Below are positions 9,505-18,725 of a DNA stretch of 64,000 nucleotides, piece after piece. The notes below the pieces were generated by a model. It was given only the letters and a program-made list of their open reading frames with translations. It searched no databases and was not told the DNA's origin. The translations under genes and the position numbers were made by a program. Origin of the DNA: Desulfosudaceae bacterium. GTDB taxonomy: Bacteria > Desulfobacterota > Desulfobacteria > Desulfobacterales > Desulfosudaceae. Each line of letters starts with the position of its first letter. Positions within the stretch are counted from its first letter, which is position 1. The stretch is taken from contig CAXXDV010000001.1 in the NCBI GenBank assembly GCA_963674745.2, positions 160,001-224,000 of the forward strand, read 5' to 3'.

Positions 9505-10100
9505 TTTTATTTATTTTTAATGTATGAGTCCATTTTTATTCTGGATTCCGGGTCAAGCCCGGAATGACGAAGCGAAAGACCCGTCATTACGAAACGAAAG
9601 GCATTCGGCATGCCGCCGGCGAAAGGCCCGTCATGACCAAGCGCAAGTCCGTCGTCATTCCGCCAACGCAAGGCCTTCATTACTCGTCATTCCGGACAAG
9701 CGCAACGAAGCGGAGGCCGTCATTACTCGTCATTCCGGACAAGCGCAACGAAGCGGAGGCCGTCATTACTCGTCATTCCGGACAGCGCAGCGCAGCGGAG
9801 CGTGATCCGGAATCCAGTTCTGACGAGCATTATTATACGACTTTACGTTTATTAGCAATACAGCCGGTTGTTTCTGTCTTTCCATTCCCTTTTCTTGTAC
9901 GGCCTTGGTTTGCCATGGCCGATCTGGATTCCGGGTCAAGCCCGGAATGACGAAGCGAAAGGCCCGTCATTACCAAACGAAAGGCATTCGTCATTCCGCC
10001 AACGCAAGGCCGTCATTACTCGTCATTCCGGACAGCGCAGCGCAGCGGAGCGTGATCCGGAATCCAGTTCTGACGAGCATCTTAGCACGACTGAACATAT

Positions 10101-10406
10101 TCACCCGGACTGTTTAATCGAATCATACAAATCTTTCCAGTGCGGGTTTGTTTTTTCAATAAGTTCAATCTTCCACTGACGCTTCCAGTTTTTTAGCTGC
10201 TTTTCCCGGGTAATGGCGGATTCCATCGTGGCATGCAGTTCATACCAGACCAGTCGATGCACATGATATTGTTCGGTAAACCCTTTTATCTGATTGTTCT
10301 TGTGTTGCCATATGCGTTTGACGATATTTGATGTCACGCCGACATAAATCGTGCCATTTTGCCTGCTGGCCAGAATATACACGGCCGGTTGTTTCTGTCT
10401 TTCCAT
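10101..10406 (-). CDS. Small GIY-YIG nuclease family protein, copy 1
   Basis: 101 aa with VYIL..IYVGVT..R..H..E motifs (AITREKQLK) and an AAGGGA RBS. Confidence 0.9.
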   Translation of the reverse strand: MERQKQPAVYILASRQNGTIYVGVTSNIVKRIWQHKNNQIKGFTEQYHVHRLVWYELHATMESAITREKQLKNWKRQWKIELIEKTNPHWKDLYDSIKQSG

Positions 10407-11007
10407 TCCCTTTTCTTGTACAGCCTTGGTCTGACTCCTGCCGATCTGGATTCCGGGTCAAGCCCGGAATGACGAAAGCGAAAGGCCCGTCATTACGAAA
10501 CGAAAGGCATTCGTCATTCCGCCAACGCAAGGCCGTCATTACTCGTCATTCCGGACAGCGCAGCGCAGCGGAGCGTGATCCGGAATCCAGTTCTGACGAG
10601 CATTATTATACGACTTTACGTTTATTAGCAATACAGCCGGTTGTTTCTGGCTTTTCATTCCCTTTTCTTGTACAGCCTTGGTCTGACTCCTGCCGATCTG
10701 GATTCCGGGTCAAGCCCGGAATGACGAAAGCGAAAGGCCCGTCATTACGAAACGAAAGGCATTCGGCATGCCGCCGGCGAAAGGCCGTCATGACCAAGCG
10801 CAAGTCCGTCGTCATTCCGCCAACGCAAGGCCGTCATTACTCGTCATTCCGGACAAGCGCAACGAAGCGGAGGCCGTCATTACTCGTCATTCCGGACAAG
10901 CGCAACGAAGCGGAAGCCGTCTTTCCTCGTCATTCCGGACAGCGCAGCGCAGCGGAGCGTGATCCGGAATCCAGTTCTGACGAGCATCTTAGCACGACTG
11001 AACATAT

Positions 11008-11313
11008 TCACCCGGACTGTTTAATCGAATCATACAAATCTTTCCAGTGCGGGTTTGTTTTTTCAATAAGTTCAATCTTCCACTGACGCTTCCAGTTTTT
11101 TAACTGCTTTTCCCGGGTAATGGCGGATTCCATCGTGGCATGCAGTTCATACCAGACCAGTCGATGCACATGATATTGTTCGGTAAACCCTTTTATCTGA
11201 TTGTTCTTGTGTTGCCATATGCGTTTGACGATATTTGATGTCACGCCGACATAAATCGTGCCATTTTGCCTGCTGGTCAGAATATACACGGCCGGTTGTT
11301 TCTGTCTTTCCAT
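11008..11313 (-). CDS. Small GIY-YIG nuclease family protein, copy 2
   Basis: Identical to copy 1 except A13T. Confidence 0.9.
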   Translation of the reverse strand: MERQKQPAVYILTSRQNGTIYVGVTSNIVKRIWQHKNNQIKGFTEQYHVHRLVWYELHATMESAITREKQLKNWKRQWKIELIEKTNPHWKDLYDSIKQSG

Positions 11314-11611
11314 TCCCTTTTCTTGTACAGCCTTGGTCTGACTCCTGCCGATCTGGATTCCGGGTCAAGCCCGGAATGACGAAGCGAAAGGCCCGTCATT
11401 ACGAAACGAAAGGCATTCGGCATGCCGCCGGCGAAAGGCCGTCATTCCTCGTCATTCCGGACAAGCGCAGCGCAGCGGAGGCCGTCATTACTCGTCATTC
11501 CGGACAGCGCAGCGCAGCGGAGGCCGTCATTACTCGTCATTCCGGACAGCGCAGCGCAGCGGAGCGTGATCCGGAATCCAGGCCAAGCGAACCCCGGAAT
11601 GACGACACCAA

Positions 11612-12811
11612 TTAATGCCTAAATGTCTTTACCAGTTCAACCAATAACCCAAAGGGACGAAAAAGAAAATAAAACCCGGAAAACCGTGAATCCCTGGAAT
11701 GCTTTTCCCAATCTTTCTGGGTGGGGATAAAAATCCGGCGCAGAAGATAATGAAACTTGTCTCCGGGATGTTCCCGGATTTTCAAATAATAAGGAAGCTC
11801 AGCAATACGACCTTCGATCCCTTTTGTCTGATGGTTGCCATCAAATAAATCCGTATATATTCTTTGAACAATTTTTCTAATAGTTTTGTCTTTTTTAATA
11901 TTATCAACGATTTCCACCGGCAATGTGATGCCAAACACATCCCGGGCCAGAAAAAGGCCCAGCAGCAACCGTCTCCGGCAATGAAGCAATCCGGCCAGCT
12001 TGAGCGTCAATTGCCAGTCAAGCGCCGGATGTTGGCCTATCCATTCGGCAACACATAGGACCTTCTCCAGATGATTCCAGATATCATGGGCACCGTTAAG
12101 GCACAGACACAACAGCATATCTTCCGCTGACAGGCTGAGTATATCCCGGCCATCAAAACTAATTTTTTGCAGCCGTTCTTTGCAGAATTCATAATCAAAA
12201 GCCTGCCGATAAGGCACGCTGACCTGCCAGTGCAGATCGATTTGCAGCTCTTCAGCTGCATCTAAAAAATGGCACTCTCTGGCGTATTTCAGAACCTGCA
12301 CAAAACGTTTGCCGGACAGCCATTTTACAGAAGGAAACAACCGGGATTCCAGAAGCGCGTCCCGGGCCGAAACAACCTGATCTTCCGGCACCAGTACATC
12401 CACATCCTGATAATACCTGAGGGCGCTGTCACCATACAGGCATTGTGACAACAAGGGCCCTTTGTAAAGAACAGCCGGGATACCACGCTGCTCAAACCGA
12501 GCCAGGACAGCCATCAGCTTTTTGCATATCCTGAGGTTGTAGGCGACTATATTTAAATACTGACGGGAAAAGTTACTTTGCACGGCCTCCGGCAACACCG
12601 GCAGCAATCCTGCCTTCTTGATATTGGCATACAAAACCGGCAGAACACGGTGATTTTCTGCCAGCCGCAAAATCCGCTCCCAGTCAACCCCTCCGATTTC
12701 AACCAGCTCGCCTGCCCGCCTGATCCTTTCCGGCGTCAAATCCGCCCGGATCAGGACCAGAAGCAACTCAAAATCAGCCGATTGTTTCTTACTGACAAAT
12801 TCGCTATACAC
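11612..12811 (-). CDS. Nucleotidyltransferase family protein (NTP_transf_5-like)
   Basis: DWE..LAENHRV, LYKG..LY..R.YQDVDVLV and IDLHW motifs; GTG start. Confidence 0.85.
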   Translation of the reverse strand: MYSEFVSKKQSADFELLLVLIRADLTPERIRRAGELVEIGGVDWERILRLAENHRVLPVLYANIKKAGLLPVLPEAVQSNFSRQYLNIVAYNLRICKKLMAVLARFEQRGIPAVLYKGPLLSQCLYGDSALRYYQDVDVLVPEDQVVSARDALLESRLFPSVKWLSGKRFVQVLKYARECHFLDAAEELQIDLHWQVSVPYRQAFDYEFCKERLQKISFDGRDILSLSAEDMLLCLCLNGAHDIWNHLEKVLCVAEWIGQHPALDWQLTLKLAGLLHCRRRLLLGLFLARDVFGITLPVEIVDNIKKDKTIRKIVQRIYTDLFDGNHQTKGIEGRIAELPYYLKIREHPGDKFHYLLRRIFIPTQKDWEKHSRDSRFSGFYFLFRPFGLLVELVKTFRH

Positions 12812-13098
12812 TCACACCCCGCCTGCCTGAAACGAAAAACCACTGTTTAATCAATCTTTCTTTAATGGGTGCCACATTTGTCCTGTACAACCTCGGCATA
12901 CCACGGCCGCTCTGGATTCCGGGTCAAGCCCGGAATGACGAAGCGAAAGGCCGCCATTACTCGTCATTCCGGACAGCGCAGCGACAGCGGAGCGTGATCC
13001 GGAATCCAGTAGGGCGGCCCACCCCACTGCTCACACCCCGCCCACATAATCACATAATCACATAAACACCTAATCACCCCGAACCCCGAACCCCGAAC

Positions 13099-13123
13099 CC
13101 CAAACCTGCCCCGCAGGTTTGGG
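13099..13123 (-). terminator. Hairpin immediately downstream of the sugar transferase stop
   Basis: Perfect 11-bp stem cccaaacctgc-ccc-gcaggtttggg; no clear U-tract. Confidence 0.4.
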
Positions 13124-15130
13124 TCACCCGCTCCTGGCGCTCTTCACAAAAATATTATACAGCGCCCAGAATCCGTAATACAGGTCCGTCTTGACCGGAT
13201 TTTTCAAATAGGCCCGCAGATATTTTTTTTCGGAAGCACAGATTTCCTCAAAGGTTTCGGGCATATCCACATAAAAGGGCGGAATCAGACCCGGCTTGGT
13301 CTGCTGGCGCAAATTGCGCAACGCTTCGTCATACAGGCTCAAATAATGGGTGCTCAAGGGCCGGACCCCGACCACTTTCAAATCCCCCCTTAACCAGTTG
13401 TACAGCATGGGCAGCTCATCGATCCACAACTTGCGAAACACCTTGCCCCAGCTGGTGACCCGAAAATCATCCTTGATCTTCCCCCCCTCCTTCAGCCCCT
13501 GATGTTCAAATACATAATCCTGCAAGAACTCCGAATAGGGATGCATGGTCCGCAGCTTGAACACATCAATCATCTTTCCCTGGTACCCGCTCCGGCGCAG
13601 GCTCACCATGGGACCGTAAGTGGGGTTTTCATTAAACGACGGTTTTTTCGCTTTCCGGGCAATCACCCACATTCGTCTGTCTATCTCCTGTTCAGCCACA
13701 ATATCAAATCCGCAGAACGACAACCGGCCCAGCACCTCGGCCCGGGAAAGAATCCGGTTTTTGCCCCTGGTAACGACAAAATACAAAGCATTGATCCGGG
13801 GCAGTTTGGGCAGGACCCGGTTAAACAGAAAGTCCAGGCTGTACAAAACATGGGCCAGCAGCCGCGGGAACTTGCGGTAGACCCATTCATAATGGGTTTT
13901 GATGGTATGGGCATAACCGATAAAATACCCTCCGGCCAGCAGCCCCTGGTGGATATTCAAAAAATATTCATTCACCCTTCGCACGTCATTTATTTTATGC
14001 AGGTTGATAAACAACCGGGTGGGGATTTCTTCTTCCAGGTTTCGAAACAACGGATCGCTGCTTTGCTCAATGGCGGTCTCCAGGCACAGGATCTCGTTCA
14101 GCTCCGGGATGTTTTCTTCAATAAAGTCAAAAACCCCGGGCAAGGCAACGGCCAACCGCTTTTCGATTTTGTTTTTTGCCGGGGCCAGCAGTTTTTCACG
14201 GATGGCCTCGATATCCACATTCATGTCCACCGGTGCCTGGTCCAGGATCTGCTGGACCGCTTCCACGGACTCGATATCTTTTTCCGCAGCCCGTTTCTTA
14301 CGCCCCCCCAGCACGACGGACAACAGAACCCCCTCAAGCACCATCAAAAAAACAACCGTGCCAAACCCCTGGAACCGGGAAAAATGAAACAACCGAAAGG
14401 CGAATACCACCACCCCCACGCTGGCCAGCATGATCATCCCGGCCTTTTCCCATTGCCAGAACACATCATAAGCGGTTTGCGACCGGAGGATGACAAACTT
14501 TTTTGTGGCCAGGGCACAAAAAAGCCACAGCACCAGCATCACCAGCAGCAACTTGTCATAGGCCGGCAGCAACCCCCAGTGCCCCCGTTTCATGTAATTG
14601 ACCAGAAAAAACGAAATCAACACCAGGGCCAGGTCCGCGGCCACCAGCCGGTAATGGATTACGAACCGGGCAACATCCCGGGGCATGGTCTCCCCGCCAT
14701 GGTCGGCATCAGCCGTTTGATAGGCAGCAACCGGCTGCCAAATCGACCAGGCCAGCACATTCAACAAAAAAAATAACAGGCCGGTGGCAAACACCTGCAC
14801 CCGAGAATACATGGTCAGACCGAAAAACACGATCAGAAAAGTGATGACATAGGTCAAATAGCAATTGGCCTTGAAAACGACCACCAACCCGTCCCGGTAG
14901 CCATCGTACTCCCCGGGTTGAAACTTTTTGGCCACCAGAGAAGACACCAGCCAGCAGACGACAAACAAAAGCAGCAGAAGGTCATACCTTGGTGGCAGGA
15001 GCAAATCCCCCCGCTTGAAGTAATTGCCCAGAAAAAAAGCAATCACCAGCAAACCAAAATCCACCCAGAACAGCTTGCGCCCGGTCAGCACCATCCCTTT
15101 TGATTCATTTCCACCGTTCTTCAAATCCAT
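13124..15130 (-). CDS. Membrane sugar transferase (polyprenyl-phosphate glycosylphosphotransferase, Bac_transf C-terminal domain)
   Basis: Many TM helices, then FKLRTM, DFRVTSWGKVFRKLWIDELPML.NWLRGDL.VVGVRP and KPGL motifs. Confidence 0.85.
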   Translation of the reverse strand: MDLKNGGNESKGMVLTGRKLFWVDFGLLVIAFFLGNYFKRGDLLLPPRYDLLLLLFVVCWLVSSLVAKKFQPGEYDGYRDGLVVVFKANCYLTYVITFLIVFFGLTMYSRVQVFATGLLFFLLNVLAWSIWQPVAAYQTADADHGGETMPRDVARFVIHYRLVAADLALVLISFFLVNYMKRGHWGLLPAYDKLLLVMLVLWLFCALATKKFVILRSQTAYDVFWQWEKAGMIMLASVGVVVFAFRLFHFSRFQGFGTVVFLMVLEGVLLSVVLGGRKKRAAEKDIESVEAVQQILDQAPVDMNVDIEAIREKLLAPAKNKIEKRLAVALPGVFDFIEENIPELNEILCLETAIEQSSDPLFRNLEEEIPTRLFINLHKINDVRRVNEYFLNIHQGLLAGGYFIGYAHTIKTHYEWVYRKFPRLLAHVLYSLDFLFNRVLPKLPRINALYFVVTRGKNRILSRAEVLGRLSFCGFDIVAEQEIDRRMWVIARKAKKPSFNENPTYGPMVSLRRSGYQGKMIDVFKLRTMHPYSEFLQDYVFEHQGLKEGGKIKDDFRVTSWGKVFRKLWIDELPMLYNWLRGDLKVVGVRPLSTHYLSLYDEALRNLRQQTKPGLIPPFYVDMPETFEEICASEKKYLRAYLKNPVKTDLYYGFWALYNIFVKSARSG

Positions 15131-15209
15131 GCCCCCCCTCTGGCCCCTGAAACCCCATAACAACCTTACAGGTAACTACACTAAAACCTTCCCCCCCTGC
15201 GAACCAGTC

Positions 15210-16076
15210 TTACAAAAATTTCATATTGTTCAAAACATGGCGGAAGTACTCCCTGGACCAGACATCCAGATCTACTGGCCGGGGGACAAAGGGCAGAATA
15301 TCGGCCTTGGCTGCTTCAAAATCCACTGCGTCAATCCGTTGCCCAATCATATCCAGACAACGGGATTTATCCAAAGGCCCCTCCTCCTTATAAACGCCTT
15401 TTTGCCGCAGCCGTTCTTCCAGATGAGATAGCAGCAAGGGAATATTTTTCCGCACCAGGAACGCAAAATCAAACCAGTCCCGGCCTTTCACCCGGTTTTG
15501 CCATCCACGAGACAAAACCGCGTCCATTTTTCCCGCAAAAAGCGCCGGACCGGAATACGCCCGCAAGGAAAACGGAACCGGCTCGTCAATGTAAGCCACC
15601 TCGAAGTCTGCGCCAGATGGCGGGTCAATATCCACTTCCAGCTTTACTTTACAAACCGCATCCCGATGAATCCTGCCGGCAACAGCCTCCGGCACTTTGG
15701 CCTTCATCATATGAATCCGTGTGTTTGCCTTGATAAATGCCGACGCAATCGGCGAATCTTGCTTTTTCCGATGCGCCTGAATATCCACCGTAAAGCCAAA
15801 GGCGCTCATCTCGTCTTTTAATGACGCGAAAAAAGCGGCCAGGCTAAAATCCCCATCAGGTGCCATCAAGGAAAAATCAAGGTCCTCGGAAAATCGGTCC
15901 AGGTGATACAATAGTCGCAGAGCTGTTCCCCCGTAAAACGCGGCATAAGAAAAAAATCCACCGCGCGACAACCCCAGCAAAGCAATCGATTGAACTGTTT
16001 CTGCAAGTGCCCGGTCCACTGCCCCATTATATTTCTCAAGATACGACTCTAATAATTGAACACTTGCCTCACGCAT
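15210..16076 (-). CDS. AbiEii-type nucleotidyltransferase toxin (type IV TA)
   Basis: FYGGTALRLLY.LDRFSEDLDF, K.EVD and KGRDWFD motifs. Confidence 0.9.
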   Translation of the reverse strand: MREASVQLLESYLEKYNGAVDRALAETVQSIALLGLSRGGFFSYAAFYGGTALRLLYHLDRFSEDLDFSLMAPDGDFSLAAFFASLKDEMSAFGFTVDIQAHRKKQDSPIASAFIKANTRIHMMKAKVPEAVAGRIHRDAVCKVKLEVDIDPPSGADFEVAYIDEPVPFSLRAYSGPALFAGKMDAVLSRGWQNRVKGRDWFDFAFLVRKNIPLLLSHLEERLRQKGVYKEEGPLDKSRCLDMIGQRIDAVDFEAAKADILPFVPRPVDLDVWSREYFRHVLNNMKFL

Positions 16077-16079
16077 TGC

Positions 16080-16709
16080 TTAGCCAGCCTGTTTCCCGAC
16101 AAATTTCATCAACATCCCCAGCGTCACTGTCCGGTAGTGCTCCGCCAATTGCATTAAATCCCCATAATCCAAACCACTGAATCCTTCCGGGTCTACCCGT
16201 AAATCGCCAAAAAGCAGTTGCTCCAGCCGCTCCAGAGACCGGACCCCCGAAATTCGATACAGCGTGTCACAAAGCGCCTTTTCCGCCGTAGCCATAAGAA
16301 AACGATGCCGCCCTTCTCCTGCCAACATGACACCATGCGAATACGCCCTGGACGGGACATCCTGATACAAAAAAGAGCCCACCGGTGTATCATATCGCTT
16401 GGATCGGCCCTTTTCATAAGTGGCCGAAGTAATGTGAGACACATGCTCCGGAATCAACCCGTGCCACCGCAGGGCATACACAAAAGACACATAAGACGGG
16501 CCATAAATCCGGTTGGCGGCCTGGCCCAGAACATAGGGATTATGCACGGCCTCCGCTTTAACATACAATCCCCTCTTAAGACGATGCAAAATGCCCTGTC
16601 GCACCAGGTATGCGATCTTTGATTTGGGATTGGCGTAATGCGAAAAATGATCCTGCAGCCATAAAGCATCCGGCAAATCCACCGGTATTTCCGAAGTATA
16701 CTTTTGCAT
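16080..16709 (-). CDS. AbiEi-type antitoxin/transcriptional regulator
   Basis: LHRLKRGLY, PSYVSF.YAL..HGLIPE and ATAEKALCD motifs; GGAGG RBS before ATG 16709. Confidence 0.85.
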   Translation of the reverse strand: MQKYTSEIPVDLPDALWLQDHFSHYANPKSKIAYLVRQGILHRLKRGLYVKAEAVHNPYVLGQAANRIYGPSYVSFVYALRWHGLIPEHVSHITSATYEKGRSKRYDTPVGSFLYQDVPSRAYSHGVMLAGEGRHRFLMATAEKALCDTLYRISGVRSLERLEQLLFGDLRVDPEGFSGLDYGDLMQLAEHYRTVTLGMLMKFVGKQAG

Positions 16710-16812
16710 AACTCCTCCAACAAGTATAAATACGATATACTTACTGGCGCAAATATGCAACAAAAAAATCAAGCCGAACCGCATTCGCCAACCGCCCCAA
16801 CAAAGCTTCCTT

Positions 16813-17032
16813 CGTAATGCCGGGCCCTCTCTCCTCGTAATGCCGGACCCCTCTCCTCGTCATGCCGGACCCCGATCCGGCATCCATCCCTTTCGTCATG
16901 CCGGACCCCTCTCCTCGTCATGCCGGACCCCGATCCGGCATCCACAAGCGCCAAAACCTTCCCCTTAACCACATAATCACTTAACCACTTAATCACATAA
17001 TCACTTAATCATTTAAACCCCTGCGAAGCAGG
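16813..17032. repeat. Junction element: cgtcatgccgg REP array + octamer array + CCTGCGAAGCAGG hairpin
   Basis: Read directly from the sequence. 16915-16996 is repeated at 27064-27144. Confidence 0.85.
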
Positions 17033-18337
17033 CCCAACAATCTCCGGGAACAGCGATATCGCATACAAAGGGATGTTGACGACCCGGGTTTCTTTCCTCA
17101 GATTAAGCAATGTCGTTCTTGCCAGCATCGGCGGACTGAACTTCCTGTCAAACGACTGCAGGCTTTTGCTTTTGGGATTTATTCCTGCTTTTACTTCCAG
17201 TGGCAGAATCACGCTACCGTGTTCGCAGACAAAATCGACTTCAGCAACACCGCCGCTTTGCCAGTAATACAGGTTCAGTCCCCTTCCGGCCACCAGTTGA
17301 TTGGCCACAAAATTCTCAACCAGTGCGCCTTCGTAACCCCGAAAAACCTGATCCCCCTGAATCATGGCGGCAGGATCAATCCCGGCCATGGCGGCGAGCA
17401 GGCCAACATCCAGAGCGAAAATTTTGAATATATTCGACTCCCGGTAAGCAGACAATGGATGACGGGCTGTGCTGACGCGGAAAGAGCGAAGGATCAATCC
17501 GGACTTTTCCAGCCACTCCAAAGCGTTTTCAAAATCTCTGATTCGGGCACTTTTTTTAAGCTTTGAAAAAACAAACTTCTTGTTTTCTTTGGCAAGCTGC
17601 CCGGGAATGGCATCCCAGATCATTTGCAGCTTCGGAATATCGGGGGATGAGGCGTACTTTGCAAAATCCAGCGCATAACCCGTAAGAATATCAGACTGAA
17701 TTTTTCGCACACCGGTTAAATCTTTGTTTTTTGTGTAATGTTCGACTACTTCCGGCATGCCACCGGTAAAATAATAGATTCGCAACTTTGAGATCAGCTC
17801 CTGATGCAAGGGATCAGGCAACGGTTGAGGATCAGTCATTTTAGTTAAATATTGACGCAATTGTCCTGCTCCAATAGCGGCTAAAAACTCCATAAACGTC
17901 ATCGGATAAAGATCCAGGAAGTTGACTTTGCCGACAGGAAACGTTCCCGGCCCTGAAAGCGTTATGCCCAGAAGCGATCCTGCACCCGCGACATGAAAGT
18001 CAGGTGCGTTTTCAAAAAAATACTTCAGCGATTTGAGCGCACCGTCCGATGCTTGAATCTCGTCAAACACGATCAGGTCCCGAACGGGACGAATACGACG
18101 GCCCGCATACAGTGACAGGTTTTCAATAATTTCCGCAGGTCGCACTCGCCCTTCGAAAAAGCCTTTTAAATTCGGGTCTTCTTCAAAATTGAAATAAACC
18201 AGCGACTCATATTCCGCCTTACCAAAAGTCTTCAGCAGCCAGGTCTTGCCAGTTTGCCTGGCACCACGCAACAACAATGGTTTTCTTTCCGAAGCGGATT
18301 TCCATTTCTGCAGTTGTGAATATATGTCACGTTTCAT
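17009..18337 (-). CDS. AAA+ ATPase with DUF4143 / PD-(D/E)xK C-terminus (#1)
   Basis: GARQTGKT, IVFDEIQ, AGS, TGGMP, DVGLL and EVDF...LEVK motifs. Confidence 0.9.
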   Translation of the reverse strand: MKRDIYSQLQKWKSASERKPLLLRGARQTGKTWLLKTFGKAEYESLVYFNFEEDPNLKGFFEGRVRPAEIIENLSLYAGRRIRPVRDLIVFDEIQASDGALKSLKYFFENAPDFHVAGAGSLLGITLSGPGTFPVGKVNFLDLYPMTFMEFLAAIGAGQLRQYLTKMTDPQPLPDPLHQELISKLRIYYFTGGMPEVVEHYTKNKDLTGVRKIQSDILTGYALDFAKYASSPDIPKLQMIWDAIPGQLAKENKKFVFSKLKKSARIRDFENALEWLEKSGLILRSFRVSTARHPLSAYRESNIFKIFALDVGLLAAMAGIDPAAMIQGDQVFRGYEGALVENFVANQLVAGRGLNLYYWQSGGVAEVDFVCEHGSVILPLEVKAGINPKSKSLQSFDRKFSPPMLARTTLLNLRKETRVVNIPLYAISLFPEIVGPASQGFK

Positions 18338-18567
18338 AATTATAAATTATCATTTTGTGAGAAAATGTCAATTAAACATTGGAAAAACGTGATAAAATAA
18401 TAAAAATAGCAAAATTACATTGAAAAATCTTCTTCTAAGTAACAACTTTTTGTCTCAACATTGTTTATAGCGGGTTGGCTTCGAACCTGGACCGCCGGAG
18501 CTGCTCGTTTCAAGCGTAAAACGACCGGAACCGAAGCCCTAAAACCCTAAAACTTTAAAACCTAAAA

Positions 18568-18637
18568 CCCTTTAAGCCACAAAACGGCTATTGTTACTTA
18601 TAGGTTTGGTTCCGGGCCATTCCCGGGTGAGTCGCTT
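18568..18637 (-). repeat. ~70-bp dispersed repeat (other copies at 62750-62819 and, diverged, 54044-54118)
   Basis: Reverse complement aagcgactcacccgggaatggcccggaaccaaacctataagtaacaatagccgttttgtggcttaaaggg matches 62750 with few mismatches. Confidence 0.85.
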
Positions 18638-18725
18638 AACACCTTAAAACCCTGATATGGTTGATTTGGTTTTCCGATGAGAAGAGATTCGGTGATAAGG
18701 GATATTGTATCACCGTTCAAAGGCA

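Larger units (their letters stand above)
9541..13009. repeat. Six MITE/REPIN-like modules bounded by CTGGATTCCGG...CCGGAATCCAG (9541-9817, 9924-10067, 10446-10590, 10698-10974, 11353-11581, 12912-13009)
   Basis: Each begins ctggattccgggtcaagcccggaatgacg and ends gagcgtgatccggaatccag, with a variable number of internal cgtcatt units. Confidence 0.92.

Noticed and set aside
9541..11581. CRISPR array
   Set aside because: Repeats and spacers are far too long and variable, spacers are repeated and contain genes, and no cas genes are present.
9524..11622. Plus-strand ORFs such as 10328-11086, 9564-9950 and 11235-11615
   Set aside because: They are translations of REP arrays or antisense to the GIY-YIG genes.
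13502..14776. 424-aa plus-strand ORF
   Set aside because: Antisense shadow of the sugar transferase.
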